From a virus (taxonomy: Duplodnaviria; Caudoviricetes), in IMG/VR virus record IMGVR_UViG_3300022697_000016, positions 1 to 32,584 of that record: a stretch of DNA of 32,584 nucleotides; one strand, written 5' to 3'. The notes below the pieces were generated by a model. That model did no database searches, was not told the origin of the DNA, and saw only the letters and a list, made by a program, of their open reading frames with translations. A program made the position numbers and the translations under genes. Each line of letters begins with the position of its first letter. Position 1 is the first letter of the stretch. Positions 17,301-25,516 of this stretch are shown here, piece by piece.

Positions 17301-19296
17301 GAGTGTCTGGAGTCTGACTGACACTTTGGTCAATCAAAGTCAGACGCTGAGCAACACGTTTGAAATCAGGAGCTGACAAGAGTTTAACAGCTTTTGCTTT
17401 AGCAACTCCTGAGAGGGTGTTGACTACACTAGCTAGTTCTTTGGCAGTGACTGAAGCAGCAAGAATAGCACTATCACTCATCTGTGAAACTCTGTGCTTA
17501 GGATCTGCAAAAGTAACTACTAGATCGGTAACAGCTTGTACTTTAGCTTTGGTTTCAGGATGTGAAATAAGAGCCAAGGCATCAATACCAGCACTAACTG
17601 CAGCAACCTGTAGTTTTCGATTAGGCCGTTCAGCCATATGCGTAGCAGTCTTCTTCACAGAAGAAGCAATAGGAGCAACTATAGGAGAAACCACAGGGTC
17701 TAAGACTTTACCTAATTTAGAGGCACCAGCCTTGGCGCCTTCAAATACACCTTTAGCTACTGGAGTTACGACATTCTTATTGGCTATCGTAGCACCTTCA
17801 ACAACGACCTTACCAACAGGAACTGTAACAGGAGCAGAAGTCTTAGCTGCGTACGTAGTAGACTTTGTTATTGGTGAGGCTACATGCTGAATAATAGATG
17901 ATGCGACATTAGATGTAGCACCTTTGTAGAGCATCTTGGCAGCCTTGCTGGTACCCTTAAAAGCAAGAGGTACTCCAGTAATCGCTGCACGAGGAGAACT
18001 CATTACTCCTGCCATACCAAGGCCACCAAACCCACCTTGTACAGTTTGTGAACCAAGTGAATCACCTATGTATTGACTGGGATCTACTATCTGTTTCATG
18101 GCGTAATTCTGAGAAGCACCCCCAGTACCACTCTGAATGGCTTCTTCTAAAGTCTGAACTCCTACTTCTTTAACAACACCCATAAATGATTTATCAGCTA
18201 CTGCTGCGGCAGGACTAGCATTGAAGCGGTGAGAGATTAGACCAGTTGCTGCGGCAACTGGAAACTGAATAGTTGCTGCATGGGCCCCAGCACTATCAGC
18301 TACAAGCACCTGAGCTTCATGAGGAGTTTTACCTTGTTTGACTAAATCAAGGTACATACTGGATGTTTTCATCTCCTCAGGAGTACGAGCCATAACAGCA
18401 GATACAGTTTGGCCATACACTCCAAAAGCTTCAGCAGCACCCACACCTAATGAAGATCCAACTGCAGTTGCTATGTGTTTAGCAGTAGCATTTTTTGTAA
18501 GTCTTTTGGTTACACCAGCAACCATATCAACCCCTGCCGAGGCCATCTTCATACTAGGAAAGGTTGAACCAAGAGCACCAGCTACAGTTTGGCCAGCTAC
18601 TACAGGATTATCTATTAAGCGTTTACCTTGGTTGTATGCACTGTCACTAAATCTCTTAATACCTGCTACAAGGGGATTCATCCCACGAGCAATATTATTG
18701 TCATAATTTTTAACAGTATCTGCATGATCTAGCTGAGCAGCTATAGCGTCAAGATGGGCAGTTTGTTTAGCAACCGGAGTAGTATAGTTGTTCATGGTAG
18801 CAGTAATTTTGTTAGTCATATCAGCTGTTTTGGCAGCCAAGTCACTAAACCCTGTCTTTGTGGGGTCGAAATACTTATCTACACTTCCTGCAACAGAGAG
18901 GATTGCTGCTGCAGAGTTACCAGACATACCCACAAAACCAGATGCTAAAGCATTAGTAGCGTCTCCATATGTTCCCAATAGACTTCTACTCTGCCCCATC
19001 ACGGATGCTTGGTTAGAAGCTTCTTTGAGATAATTACTCGCATTATTGGCAACATCTCGCCCGTATAACAAAGCTAACTCACCGTAAGTACGAGTCTTTA
19101 GATCATGGATAAAGGTACCTGGACCAGCAATGTCATTGCCATTACGACTTGCTACAGCAGCTTGTTCTAATGATGCTTTATTCTTTAGGGAGTCTGCTAG
19201 TGTCGTACGAGCTACACTAGCAGAGGTGGCATTATCAAATACTGAAGAATAAGCTGGAGTGTTATCTGGTACTTTTGGGGTAGGAATTCCAGCCAT
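8383..19296 (-). CDS. Virion-encapsidated RNA polymerase (N4 gp50-like vRNAP), 3637 aa
   Basis: T7-like RNAP motifs: TKVGR, ELDGKTDG (A), RTSSKGPVTQTVYG (B), VFDG (C). Size about 3600 aa; no Cys seen on reading; AAGGA RBS; N4 synteny. Confidence 0.97.
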   Translation of the reverse strand: MAGIPTPKVPDNTPAYSSVFDNATSASVARTTLADSLKNKASLEQAAVASRNGNDIAGPGTFIHDLKTRTYGELALLYGRDVANNASNYLKEASNQASVMGQSRSLLGTYGDATNALASGFVGMSGNSAAAILSVAGSVDKYFDPTKTGFSDLAAKTADMTNKITATMNNYTTPVAKQTAHLDAIAAQLDHADTVKNYDNNIARGMNPLVAGIKRFSDSAYNQGKRLIDNPVVAGQTVAGALGSTFPSMKMASAGVDMVAGVTKRLTKNATAKHIATAVGSSLGVGAAEAFGVYGQTVSAVMARTPEEMKTSSMYLDLVKQGKTPHEAQVLVADSAGAHAATIQFPVAAATGLISHRFNASPAAAVADKSFMGVVKEVGVQTLEEAIQSGTGGASQNYAMKQIVDPSQYIGDSLGSQTVQGGFGGLGMAGVMSSPRAAITGVPLAFKGTSKAAKMLYKGATSNVASSIIQHVASPITKSTTYAAKTSAPVTVPVGKVVVEGATIANKNVVTPVAKGVFEGAKAGASKLGKVLDPVVSPIVAPIASSVKKTATHMAERPNRKLQVAAVSAGIDALALISHPETKAKVQAVTDLVVTFADPKHRVSQMSDSAILAASVTAKELASVVNTLSGVAKAKAVKLLSAPDFKRVAQRLTLIDQSVSQTPDTQVTTQSIQDTINLAKTNPANVNPSHVDKILKHKNRKNISSTDIHYMQIAAKLASIVNQHSGQQVQVNKGKNVTLSTDPNSTKGAAVTQDNAGVSRSIQIDGFKSASGQKLPSVNQLASDILQGIQAKDNTYVSADGVNTPVTAVTKQLGMLAQHLANKVAALNASITNASPNGSGSNEQYTSIVNGTHMAAPGEVGNARSVAYHRNNPNSVKNARSVYNDAVATAAVYNTLSKAFPEHFSGKEVVVPPLIDASKSNIKTNTKTNTGTVETTTAVEGGTSPQAMDPTEQTKSKPSQNKSQDANQLGINDNVPPAQENTTQSKIKKTQTHTHTQTEYDAMSPSERLASVNSRNPKVISTPMNDFRAKSVLKMLAPVLKSLGLSSDLVKQIAWIKNTDVAPLGNAFWIEGVMSFRPKVVRRILDGTVQGGLHVLYHEFMHLIDGSAIKGFGTASHSDLHLKENHEVYNEIQAMINSNPEMATYFKYAMSFSDAKIRAAELFAELGALMILDPKLAKSQFPKGVAYVEEIIQRSKDRSQQRNSTKDSQRAQSATAAPDGNTAPDPTSTKGVSTEGRTLKESHNVTSVFKRIFSPKKKDVSYSNAKDIFEAIPNDNGVADRYLEFAKYIVTNLMVKANERLVNILISKADGRTITQAILDGSDLTGIRDYKVTMLVDPHTMQYDSNLLSIAALVVADWLSTVRPTDPSRIGDTLKYLNTDISSISHEDLHNIMFGVVPRQVSESLSKTIMDLWNVKPNPNGRLVDARGAVEGLVKELLTVLAQNSEYISLKDIPIIVNGKKVKTTTIMLDNLRATQEEIGLEGQGLLLKTLRAESSTVPSIGAKITTVDTHQLRSNVPLSATEQTAIKSMQDTGHLLSVGLNTLVDAIGETIMASLSGVIDVTNIVKGHPYRNSVEGKNLSILRGLQEAHMVTSALKGQEDQPVYYHVSITKVGRHQYRGINPENNKFLRALVTPTNATLDMTKQEDNNAFWLTVAQASELHKVENEVQSEILANIQSEFAQVFGKVTDIVQAQIKTGNLDVPAFQAAMEKALNGEPMVMAQLDAIYAVASLQSQSQSNEGGTTLPTSFHTSLAFELDGKTDGPANMMANFGQGLISVADFMNFKRIGFFLGSKTENLQNFIGRDGNLDLYNFNSQEAQKYSLDLVRSSKVSDAKKELYTAVSMFAANFGNFQINQDGSISFTRTSSKGPVTQTVYGSGFRGISNDIADEMLTGLYKAMLSVPKGANPEEFLGYPGLKKDFKTIFKMNFPTGLDWKQNFISKGYVDTFKEAVTNTIGIVLSETTKNTIGAPVTRVNDALVKITGLQSEFVIQLFNRRLEVLAEKRAIEGSLPRNAKGVPVYREMTLEDYASVVRSVQKFIPTYTNGVQTLVVGDFANQASNLELSSTLEGSLRMKSTLRSPQAVGVKVIPFITQGRGDAMMMNNIYGVSNAPTDTMPVFDGVNLPISKIFEYAPSINKAVMKNWESNVLEQVQNNFSNFLRLALAEDSNLLNTVYDNMKVSEEHPVDATNVQELLALIMEMNRQNAARTDTYAGIPLSVDHMSGSGVTHTQGPDTNMTLDEINAIIALRLAGKSVPPITPSNDTVLSTAVDLSAPANKALTPPTSTPTKAKAKAKAKAADHQVPVLTTDTNQLLATLAKSTKSYILKATIKVLQSLIKTNMTVVIDPTAEGGSINLTTNVMTLTDVSNHETVVHELMHMATFDAIYEHYSNKENNPTVTRLESLMTKFMEMTFKGKKTNDAANAAKAQILEYQNATDSYSKAAALSEFLSWTLSNAKLIAALKTHDTGASKLVKTVQALLQRLLGKIPKNMFENILFNTAIITAKPDGSNGSNGSNGNSNNNPNVNGGNNDNNNTDGELTNFSHKFTNFWIDLVRQRLQDMQSKDLSVEVATQKIKQFKRYAAAAQNAVDKLDFGGFNLSEYQKQTFRAIHMVIATELTLDASSSIAINKVFEYVTNNLTPEMFGKGRNGQERYAAIRDLLGDTSNDQGVSDAIAVLLALSQTSKGFRDGLDQLPVPDKTEINKGSLNEFLTSVTGILMNKAVGSIDLAGKSSKDVLDALALNLIKEDTQNEFAVLRTLMSSITKADSYLSGLMGKLSDFAAATNEKVHRDDRAFFLKLTTSIFAIGTAALSSERAAYAAEGVKELMYMGVSLDQAVPVQELISEIIGTDKTNAKVTALLSKVTTAISSMRQNFLDTLPVVFVKAFHKQLDTSQWKAAHHVLAKLDLASLFDSTNPDVLFNLIKNKAALTAEIGKAEEAIRKESSNNVTNKIFSKARQLAGFLNNQGAGYDLWRNAYAINVLSDNSGSNTPIKSMTDKIDRLVSLYALQGADPAQKEAVSNMYKNDPEATKNLITYLVSLNTQEKTKAGVSDVALMNGYKGYVPNHSKSGISMIVANDENRETLEQRGYIRVADYTAESGFSMISRGYYVTSTKQDGVYSQGALQSINRTYFGVDITTGETTTGNTSGTIVGSAVVRVTKSLNADNGVANNKEVLLPVYAKNHTILFYERAMNPDLITQYKAPPGHLAKMLGVWTGRQIEELLAQQYNDVLIKELKKVYDARAHGQDKMFVDISSPNLTDAVYKDSWRVIPDATKQTIKDTFGANNGFWVRKDMINISLGYRDPSIVDIWTGKTRIPESIRKVIQVATAMIPGKGAQKILAHAEQGIQSTVSYAKDQIVVRSLIVPYMNTQANVIQLSNRGVGTKRMIEGYRDKTAEIEQYNLNQKKIVELNLAVLMAANDPNRAAILAQQLQIIYDQNSRMSIAPLIEAGAYKNISEGMTELDIELTAGRMGAWMENQINKLPLGAQTVVKYGILSKDTALYKFANKAVQYGDFIAKAIMYDHLLNQGMTNTEALTVINEEYVDFLTLPGRTRSALESYGLTWFLTFKIRSMKIAMQMMRDNPLRSLAVASTIGSLGSPVNDNLATVVGQNRFGRSLGWGMLFNAPSLNPWVNLTN
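11746..11777. repeat. 9-bp tandem repeat encoding GSN x3 within an Asn-rich vRNAP linker
   Basis: ACCATTAGA/ACCATTGGA units on the + strand. Confidence 0.7.
12403..12434. repeat. (AGCCTT)x5 microsatellite encoding KAKAKAKAKA in a vRNAP linker
   Basis: Perfect 6-bp tandem repeat read directly from the sequence. Confidence 0.9.
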
Positions 19297-19366
19297 ATTT
19301 ATGATCCTTTAATATCTGCATGTAAGGTCTCTTAAACCTCTTACAGCCTAAGGAAGGGTATCTCCA

Positions 19367-20974
19367 TTACTTTCCCCCTAGGTTTGCTATAAATAAGGCC
19401 TGACTCACTTTATCAAGGGAACCATCATTAGCAATGTACTTCGCCAGATCTTTGTCACTCATAGTAGTACCTTTGGGTAACTTTTTAACTAGCCTGTCAA
19501 CATAGCTATTAAGACCTCTTTGCACATAGCTAAGAGTGTGCCCACTTTTGGCAACTTTACGTTCATAGTTGATTTTTCTTTGAAGTTTGTCTCTTACTTG
19601 TGGGTTTGTGGCTTTAGCCAATCTCGTGCGATCTAGTTTTATGTTGTATGCGGTGAGATCAATACTTGTTTGTTGATTGTTTCGTGCAGCTAGACGTGAT
19701 CTGTACTTACGTTGTGCACCCAAGCCTAGATGACTCGTAATGTAGTTAGAAGCAGCAGCTTCAGGAAACCTGTTAGCTACGGTGTTTCGTCCATTAGGAT
19801 CACGTTGGAATACATTTGCCATAGCCACAGCTGCTATAGAATCTGATACTCCCTTTTTAAGGGCTAACTTGTGAATAGCATTTCGTATCAAGTTTGGATC
19901 AAAGTTTTCACCAAACATACCGAATACACTTGTATTGGGATTCTGCCCATCCTTACCTAAACGAAGATGTGCAATTAGTGCTGCAGTAGGATCTTTAGAG
20001 AAATCAGAATTCAACTTCATATCCGTACTCATAACATCGTTTAACGTTTGTTGCTTAACGACGGCATTCATAGTGGATACAGCATTTGTAACGTTAGGAT
20101 CAGCAACAGTACCTGGAGCAATAGAATTTTTGAGTTGCTCTGCAGTCTTATCCAAATTGGCAATAGCATTCTTTTTTTCAGTACCAGTGATGTCAAGAGA
20201 ATTAATTTTCTTAACCATAGCATTCTTGTAGTTAACAGCCAGAACAGTATTAGGATCAGAAGCTGCACTATTAGCCGCAGTGTTTAAGAGGTCTTTAACG
20301 TAGAGAGCACGACGGGCAACATTTGTTGCCTGACCACCAGTCCGTGCAGATACAATATCTCCGATATAGGCTTTAACAGCACTAGTCCCCAAACCAGATT
20401 GAGCAAGAGCTACCCTAAATGCATCAATACCAGGAGTAGCTTGAGTGGATCCAGTATGGTTACCATTGGCATCCAAAGTACCACTATTACCTACTTTCCT
20501 GGCTTCATTCATAGCATTTTGGTAAAGAGGAGCTAAGGCTAGACCAGCCTTATACTCATGTTGGGTTTGTTTAAACTTAGTTTGCTGACGAGCTGAAGAA
20601 CTATTCGTAGCAGCAGCAGAAGCTAACATGTTTGAAGCATTAGCTCTCGTTAGACCAATGTCTGCACGATTTTTTGTATACCCAAGAGCTTTAGTACGTA
20701 AACCAGAAATACGTTGACGCATACCTACAGAAAGATCTTTGTTATTCAATGCTCCGCTAGACAAAAGAGCATTAAGATCTTTTTCATTCTTAACCTGATT
20801 AAGGAGAGGCATGATCGAGTTATCTGCTGCAGTCTGTACACCTGCTTGATATGTGCCAAGCAGATCTTTAGCAGAATTCATACCTGTGGTGAATGCTTTA
20901 CCAGCATTTGCCAGGATCTGTCCCGTAGCACTAAAATCTGGCGCAGCAGTCTGTTGGATAGTCAATCGTGCCAT
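19367..20974 (-). CDS. Internal virion/ejection protein (N4 gp51-like)
   Basis: MARLTIQQTAAPDFS N-terminus resembles N4-like gp51; Ala-rich with no Cys seen; directly upstream of vRNAP; AGGAG RBS. Confidence 0.8.
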   Translation of the reverse strand: MARLTIQQTAAPDFSATGQILANAGKAFTTGMNSAKDLLGTYQAGVQTAADNSIMPLLNQVKNEKDLNALLSSGALNNKDLSVGMRQRISGLRTKALGYTKNRADIGLTRANASNMLASAAATNSSSARQQTKFKQTQHEYKAGLALAPLYQNAMNEARKVGNSGTLDANGNHTGSTQATPGIDAFRVALAQSGLGTSAVKAYIGDIVSARTGGQATNVARRALYVKDLLNTAANSAASDPNTVLAVNYKNAMVKKINSLDITGTEKKNAIANLDKTAEQLKNSIAPGTVADPNVTNAVSTMNAVVKQQTLNDVMSTDMKLNSDFSKDPTAALIAHLRLGKDGQNPNTSVFGMFGENFDPNLIRNAIHKLALKKGVSDSIAAVAMANVFQRDPNGRNTVANRFPEAAASNYITSHLGLGAQRKYRSRLAARNNQQTSIDLTAYNIKLDRTRLAKATNPQVRDKLQRKINYERKVAKSGHTLSYVQRGLNSYVDRLVKKLPKGTTMSDKDLAKYIANDGSLDKVSQALFIANLGGK

Positions 20975-20987
20975 AATTTACTTCTCC

Positions 20988-21518
20988 TTAGAGACTACGT
21001 TTAGCAATGTAAGCAGCAGCTTGTTGTGGACGACCTTCAGTAGCATAACGAGCATTAATCCTGCCTTGAAGAGCAGTATTATACGTTTTCGTTTGGTTTG
21101 CCAAATTAGTATTGAAAGCCTTGGTTTGCATACTCAAAGATTGTTTAGCAACCTGGGTCTGTTGGAAGCTATTCCAAAGTGAACCAAGTGTTTGAAGGCC
21201 ACCAAGTGCAATAGACATTCCACCACCTTTTTGGAAGAACGTAGGATGTGGAGTAACCGGGTTACCATTACTGTCTACAGTACCTTGGTTATTTCCTTGG
21301 TTATTTCCCTGGTTATAGTTTTGCCCTGTTGGAATAGGAGGCGCCATTTGTTGCTGCTGCTGCATAGGAGGAACATACCCTGTGTAGGCTGTAGGAGTTA
21401 CACCTGTACCTACTTGAGGAGCTATGTTTCCAGCTTGAGGACTCTGGTAAGTTTGTTGGTTCATAGCATTCTGTTGGAGGGAACCCATCTGAGGAGTAGG
21501 ATTAAACTGATAAGGCAT
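20988..21518 (-). CDS. Small virion protein (N4 gp52-like)
   Basis: GGLQTLGSLW...AFNTNLANQTKTYNTALQGR pattern; Q/P-rich N-terminus with QGNN repeats (21283-21316); synteny. Confidence 0.8.
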   Translation of the reverse strand: MPYQFNPTPQMGSLQQNAMNQQTYQSPQAGNIAPQVGTGVTPTAYTGYVPPMQQQQQMAPPIPTGQNYNQGNNQGNNQGTVDSNGNPVTPHPTFFQKGGGMSIALGGLQTLGSLWNSFQQTQVAKQSLSMQTKAFNTNLANQTKTYNTALQGRINARYATEGRPQQAAAYIAKRSL

Positions 21519-21530
21519 TTTTATTCCTTT

Positions 21531-24248
21531 CTACCTTGGCAACTCGAGAGATAATTTTGCGTAATCTCTAACCACTGCCAGAGATATGTCTGCGATGTCA
21601 GAACCTGTTAACGTAGTTCTGTGGATGAACTCATCGAGAGTTTCAGGAACATAACTTCTACCTGAACTATCTTGGCCATTGCCAGATACTGTATCTGTAA
21701 GCTGCATAGCATCAAAATACAAACCATTACTTCCTATGAGAGCATTGGTCTTATTTGTGATTTCTTTGATTTTACTATCAAAAGCAGTCTGATTTTTTCC
21801 CATAGTAGAACTGGTTTCTTTTATGTACCCAGAAGCATACCCAGAGTATCCATTTGCTAAAGCTGAAGACAATCCGAGTAATCCGTGAGGGGTCATTAAA
21901 CTCGTTGTAGATAGTCCACCAGATAAAGCAAACGTAACCAGAGAACTTATTAAAGCTCCCCATTTATCTCCAAATACAGCTGTGGATACTGATGCTGTAG
22001 CTCGAGAGATTACGATTGCAGCTAGAGCATTAGTCACAGCCCCTGCTACAGCGGCAGCAGTGCCTGTTAGACCAAATGATGCACCAACTGCACTGTTTGT
22101 TCCTAACGCCCCTGTGATGCCTCCTACAGCAGATGGTGAAGCCAACGTAGCGATGACAACTATGGCAATGATGATTAACAGCATTCCAAAGAATGACTGA
22201 TACCATTTCTTTTTAAAGATCTGGTAGGAGTTGAACACAATGAAAGTATTAGCTGTGGCCATCTGGGTTGAATCTTTAAGGCCTAAAGCTTGCACTGTTG
22301 GTTGATGCAGTGGAACCAAGAAACCAGAGGGATCTGGATCATCAATTGCTTGATAAGCTGTTATGGTTACGGCCTTGCCACCATAAATGAAATTGTTGTG
22401 CACTAGTCCATATATCGTCAAGACTTTGTAATTATTGGTATCTGTCTGCCAGAAGATTTTAATCTTCTCTATTGAGTTGGTTACTGCAGAGACACTGGAC
22501 CCTAGTTGAGTTGGGATACCTGTGGTTTCAGACCAGGATAGCACACTACTTTTCTCAATCCATATATCATCTTTTAGAGCACCAGGTTTACCTAGCCCTG
22601 GAAATAAAGCTTCATCTATAGATACCCAGGATATTCTGTTATCAAACTCTGTGAGAGAAGCATTATTGGTTTTAAGCTTCAACGTAGTAGTCTCAGGTTG
22701 AACCAAAGAAGGAATATTGGGCCTTGGTGTATTATACAGAGGATTCGCTGGAACATTCTGTGCAGCAGTCCAAGCATTGAGCGTTGTTACGTTGTTGTTA
22801 TATGCAGCAACATCATTCGCGAAAGCATTCATGTAAGCACTAGAAGTATTCTGGTAAGGAATCATTCCCTTGAAGAACTGATACAGATACTTTCTACATG
22901 CTGGCTCGATTACATTTAGGGAAACACCATACTGGACGTAGGCATAATCTATCTCTGCAAGATTTGGATTATTCTCCACCTTACTAACCAAAGCAGAAAA
23001 CTGTTCTCCACCTCCTGATGCCTTACGGTAAGCAGTGTTTGTAAGAGCATATAGACCATTACCTGTAGCACTGTAATCCACATGGTTTATGGATTTATTG
23101 TTTAGCCTAATAGGAAGAAATGGGTAAAACTCTGGAGATGGAGGAACTGCCATAGGAATGAATAAACCATCCAGAGCAGCTATGCCTGTACCCATTTCAT
23201 AAATGAACATCTTGGGCCCACCTATGACTTTAGTCAGAATGGTATCTTGGGTATCTGTAGACCAATCATAAATTGGACGAAGGTGATCTCCTGTCTTGGT
23301 AGTAGTCACAGTTTCAGTGGACCCACCACCTAGATTATTAACAACCACTGTAGTTGTTGTGGTCACATACACACTACGTCTTTCATAAAGATGGTGTGTA
23401 TACAGTCTACTCACAGTTTGTTGTGAGACCCCATCACCACCTTGAACAACCACATTAGAGTACTCTTTGAGGGTCCCATTAAAGGGAATATTATCCACTG
23501 GAGCAGTAACTGTGGGCCCAACATTCGGGGCGCCATTTGAATATGTCTTAAGAACTGTTTGAGTGTAATTTAGGGTATGTCCAACAATTCCAGTATTGGT
23601 GGTACTGTTGAGAGTGTATCCAACTGTGGAAGGCAGCAATGCCGGGTTGGTCACATTACTGGTAACTGGACCTACAATAACTGGTTCAAGAGAACTAGGT
23701 ATTTGGTGGTAGTAATTAGCCGTGAGAAACATTTTGTTGGGATCGTATATTCCTCCAGGAATAATATCTACGGTGCCATCCACATACTGAATAGTGATCG
23801 TATGGGCTACTGAGTCATACTCCGAGATATAACCAGTACCAGCTAGTGCAGGATGGTTATTAAGAACATATTGTTCTGCAAAGTATGAGTAATCTCCATC
23901 AGAAATGGTAGCAGTTTGAACCTCTGTAACTAGGCCACTAGGGGAACCAGGAACAGGAATAAACGGTTTTACTGCTAAGGGATTTACTGATCTAGCTTGG
24001 CTAACTGAGAGGGTAGGTAAACCAGGATAAGAAGTCTGGACTGCCCAATTGAAGAAGTTACGTTGACCAATGCCTGGACCAGTCAGGTAGTTCGAAACGA
24101 TCACTTCTCCCAAGTACACATTACTGGAATTCATGACCGCTGAGAACACTGTAGATCTCAAGAAGTTAGGTCTGCTCAATTCAGGACCTGCCATATTGTA
24201 GGCAGTGCTTGAAACTACAATAGTTTTCTTACTCGAGAATAGTCCCAT
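21531..24248 (-). CDS. Large structural/membrane-associated protein (N4 gp53-like)
   Basis: MGLFSSKKTIVVSSTAYNMAG start; KKKWYQ followed by TM and Gly/Ala-rich segments; ETLDEFIHRT.LTGSDIA near the end; synteny. Confidence 0.85.
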   Translation of the reverse strand: MGLFSSKKTIVVSSTAYNMAGPELSRPNFLRSTVFSAVMNSSNVYLGEVIVSNYLTGPGIGQRNFFNWAVQTSYPGLPTLSVSQARSVNPLAVKPFIPVPGSPSGLVTEVQTATISDGDYSYFAEQYVLNNHPALAGTGYISEYDSVAHTITIQYVDGTVDIIPGGIYDPNKMFLTANYYHQIPSSLEPVIVGPVTSNVTNPALLPSTVGYTLNSTTNTGIVGHTLNYTQTVLKTYSNGAPNVGPTVTAPVDNIPFNGTLKEYSNVVVQGGDGVSQQTVSRLYTHHLYERRSVYVTTTTTVVVNNLGGGSTETVTTTKTGDHLRPIYDWSTDTQDTILTKVIGGPKMFIYEMGTGIAALDGLFIPMAVPPSPEFYPFLPIRLNNKSINHVDYSATGNGLYALTNTAYRKASGGGEQFSALVSKVENNPNLAEIDYAYVQYGVSLNVIEPACRKYLYQFFKGMIPYQNTSSAYMNAFANDVAAYNNNVTTLNAWTAAQNVPANPLYNTPRPNIPSLVQPETTTLKLKTNNASLTEFDNRISWVSIDEALFPGLGKPGALKDDIWIEKSSVLSWSETTGIPTQLGSSVSAVTNSIEKIKIFWQTDTNNYKVLTIYGLVHNNFIYGGKAVTITAYQAIDDPDPSGFLVPLHQPTVQALGLKDSTQMATANTFIVFNSYQIFKKKWYQSFFGMLLIIIAIVVIATLASPSAVGGITGALGTNSAVGASFGLTGTAAAVAGAVTNALAAIVISRATASVSTAVFGDKWGALISSLVTFALSGGLSTTSLMTPHGLLGLSSALANGYSGYASGYIKETSSTMGKNQTAFDSKIKEITNKTNALIGSNGLYFDAMQLTDTVSGNGQDSSGRSYVPETLDEFIHRTTLTGSDIADISLAVVRDYAKLSLELPR

Positions 24249-24262
24249 AGAGTTACCCCAAA

Positions 24263-25516
24263 TTAAACAAGGGTATTGGTTGCACGTATTGAGGCCAATA
24301 CCGAATCTACAGCTGCATTCTGAAGTTCAGCAGGTGCCAATAGTGCCCCATCCAAAGTTTTCTGGGTAATCCAACCATCAAGATACATCTTAGCAGTTTT
24401 GTGTTTTGCATCTTTGATGAAGGAAGTGATCTGTTCAGAGTACAGATCTTTCTGTTTACCAATAGAACCAACAACAGTGGTTGTATCCGTACGTGTATCC
24501 AAAGTCTTAGCTCGTTCACTTTCAACTTGCTCAGCAAGGAGTGCACGTTGCCGACCAATCAAACCAGTAATAGGAGTTATAGCATCAGACCTGTTATCTA
24601 GTGTTTTGCCACGTTCGGCTTCTTTTTGTTCGTTAATCAAATTGGTTTGAGCAGGCATCAGGTAGTTAAGTTTATGCTGCTCTTGCCCCAAGTTAACAGG
24701 CAACATGTTGTTTAACTGGAAATTATCCATTGCTGTTTTTATGGGGAGAGACACGGAAAGATCGTATGATTTAATATCTCGTTCAAGCGGTTGTAGCTCA
24801 CGATTCGTGAATTCTTGAACAGCAGCTTCTGCTGGAAGAATACGATCGGCTCTGACTTTGTTCATAGCCACTTCAGTGGGGAGTACTTCAGTACGCTGGT
24901 ATTCTTTGATGGCTAGCTCTGCAGGAAGCAACCAATCACGTTTGTAGTTTTCTACGTCTACTTGAGACTGAGTTAAGCAATAATTAATGTCAGCATCTGC
25001 TATCTTCATCTTGGTTAGGGCGTAAGCAGCACCTGAATTCTGCATATCAAAGATTGCTTTTTGAGTATCTACCTTGGATTTTTCCAGGAGGATAAGTGCC
25101 TCAGTAGCTTTAATCTCAGCGATACGAGCATCCATCTGAGCAGTTACAGCATCCCAACGAGCCTTATCTTTTTGAAGCAGGAACTGTGTACTCTGTCCAA
25201 GAACAGCAACCATAACTGATGTGTACACTTCAGCATACTTATCACCTGTTAAGCGGTTACCTTTGAACTCACGTGCAATGTGGGCATCAACTGAAGACAT
25301 CAGTTTATCAAAGACACCATTACCTTTTACGTCACATTCTGTGAGTTCTTGTAGAGTGACTCCAGTAATGTTGGCATAAAGATCTGATGTATTATCAACA
25401 GTATAAGTGTATTGAGCCCCCGACAGATTTACTGTCGGAGGTGTAGGAGCATCAGCAGTCAGAGAGGTGTATAGTTGGTTAGCTTGAGTATCTGCATTAC
25501 AAGTAGTGGTAACCAT
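24263..25516 (-). CDS. Structural protein (N4 gp54-like)
   Basis: G.GVFDKLM..V..H...EF..NR.TG..YAEVY and GSIGKQKDLY..QI.SF motifs. ATG at 25516 is suitably spaced from GAGGA, so it is preferred over the TTG at 25525. Confidence 0.85.
   Translation of the reverse strand: MVTTTCNADTQANQLYTSLTADAPTPPTVNLSGAQYTYTVDNTSDLYANITGVTLQELTECDVKGNGVFDKLMSSVDAHIAREFKGNRLTGDKYAEVYTSVMVAVLGQSTQFLLQKDKARWDAVTAQMDARIAEIKATEALILLEKSKVDTQKAIFDMQNSGAAYALTKMKIADADINYCLTQSQVDVENYKRDWLLPAELAIKEYQRTEVLPTEVAMNKVRADRILPAEAAVQEFTNRELQPLERDIKSYDLSVSLPIKTAMDNFQLNNMLPVNLGQEQHKLNYLMPAQTNLINEQKEAERGKTLDNRSDAITPITGLIGRQRALLAEQVESERAKTLDTRTDTTTVVGSIGKQKDLYSEQITSFIKDAKHKTAKMYLDGWITQKTLDGALLAPAELQNAAVDSVLASIRATNTLV

Noticed and set aside
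17360-17890. 176-aa + strand ORF and other short antisense ORFs inside vRNAP and the structural genes
   Set aside because: Antisense shadows of long coding frames, with no RBS or recognisable motifs.
19320-19345. Imperfect inverted repeat upstream of vRNAP as a terminator
   Set aside because: Short bulged stem with no U-tract.
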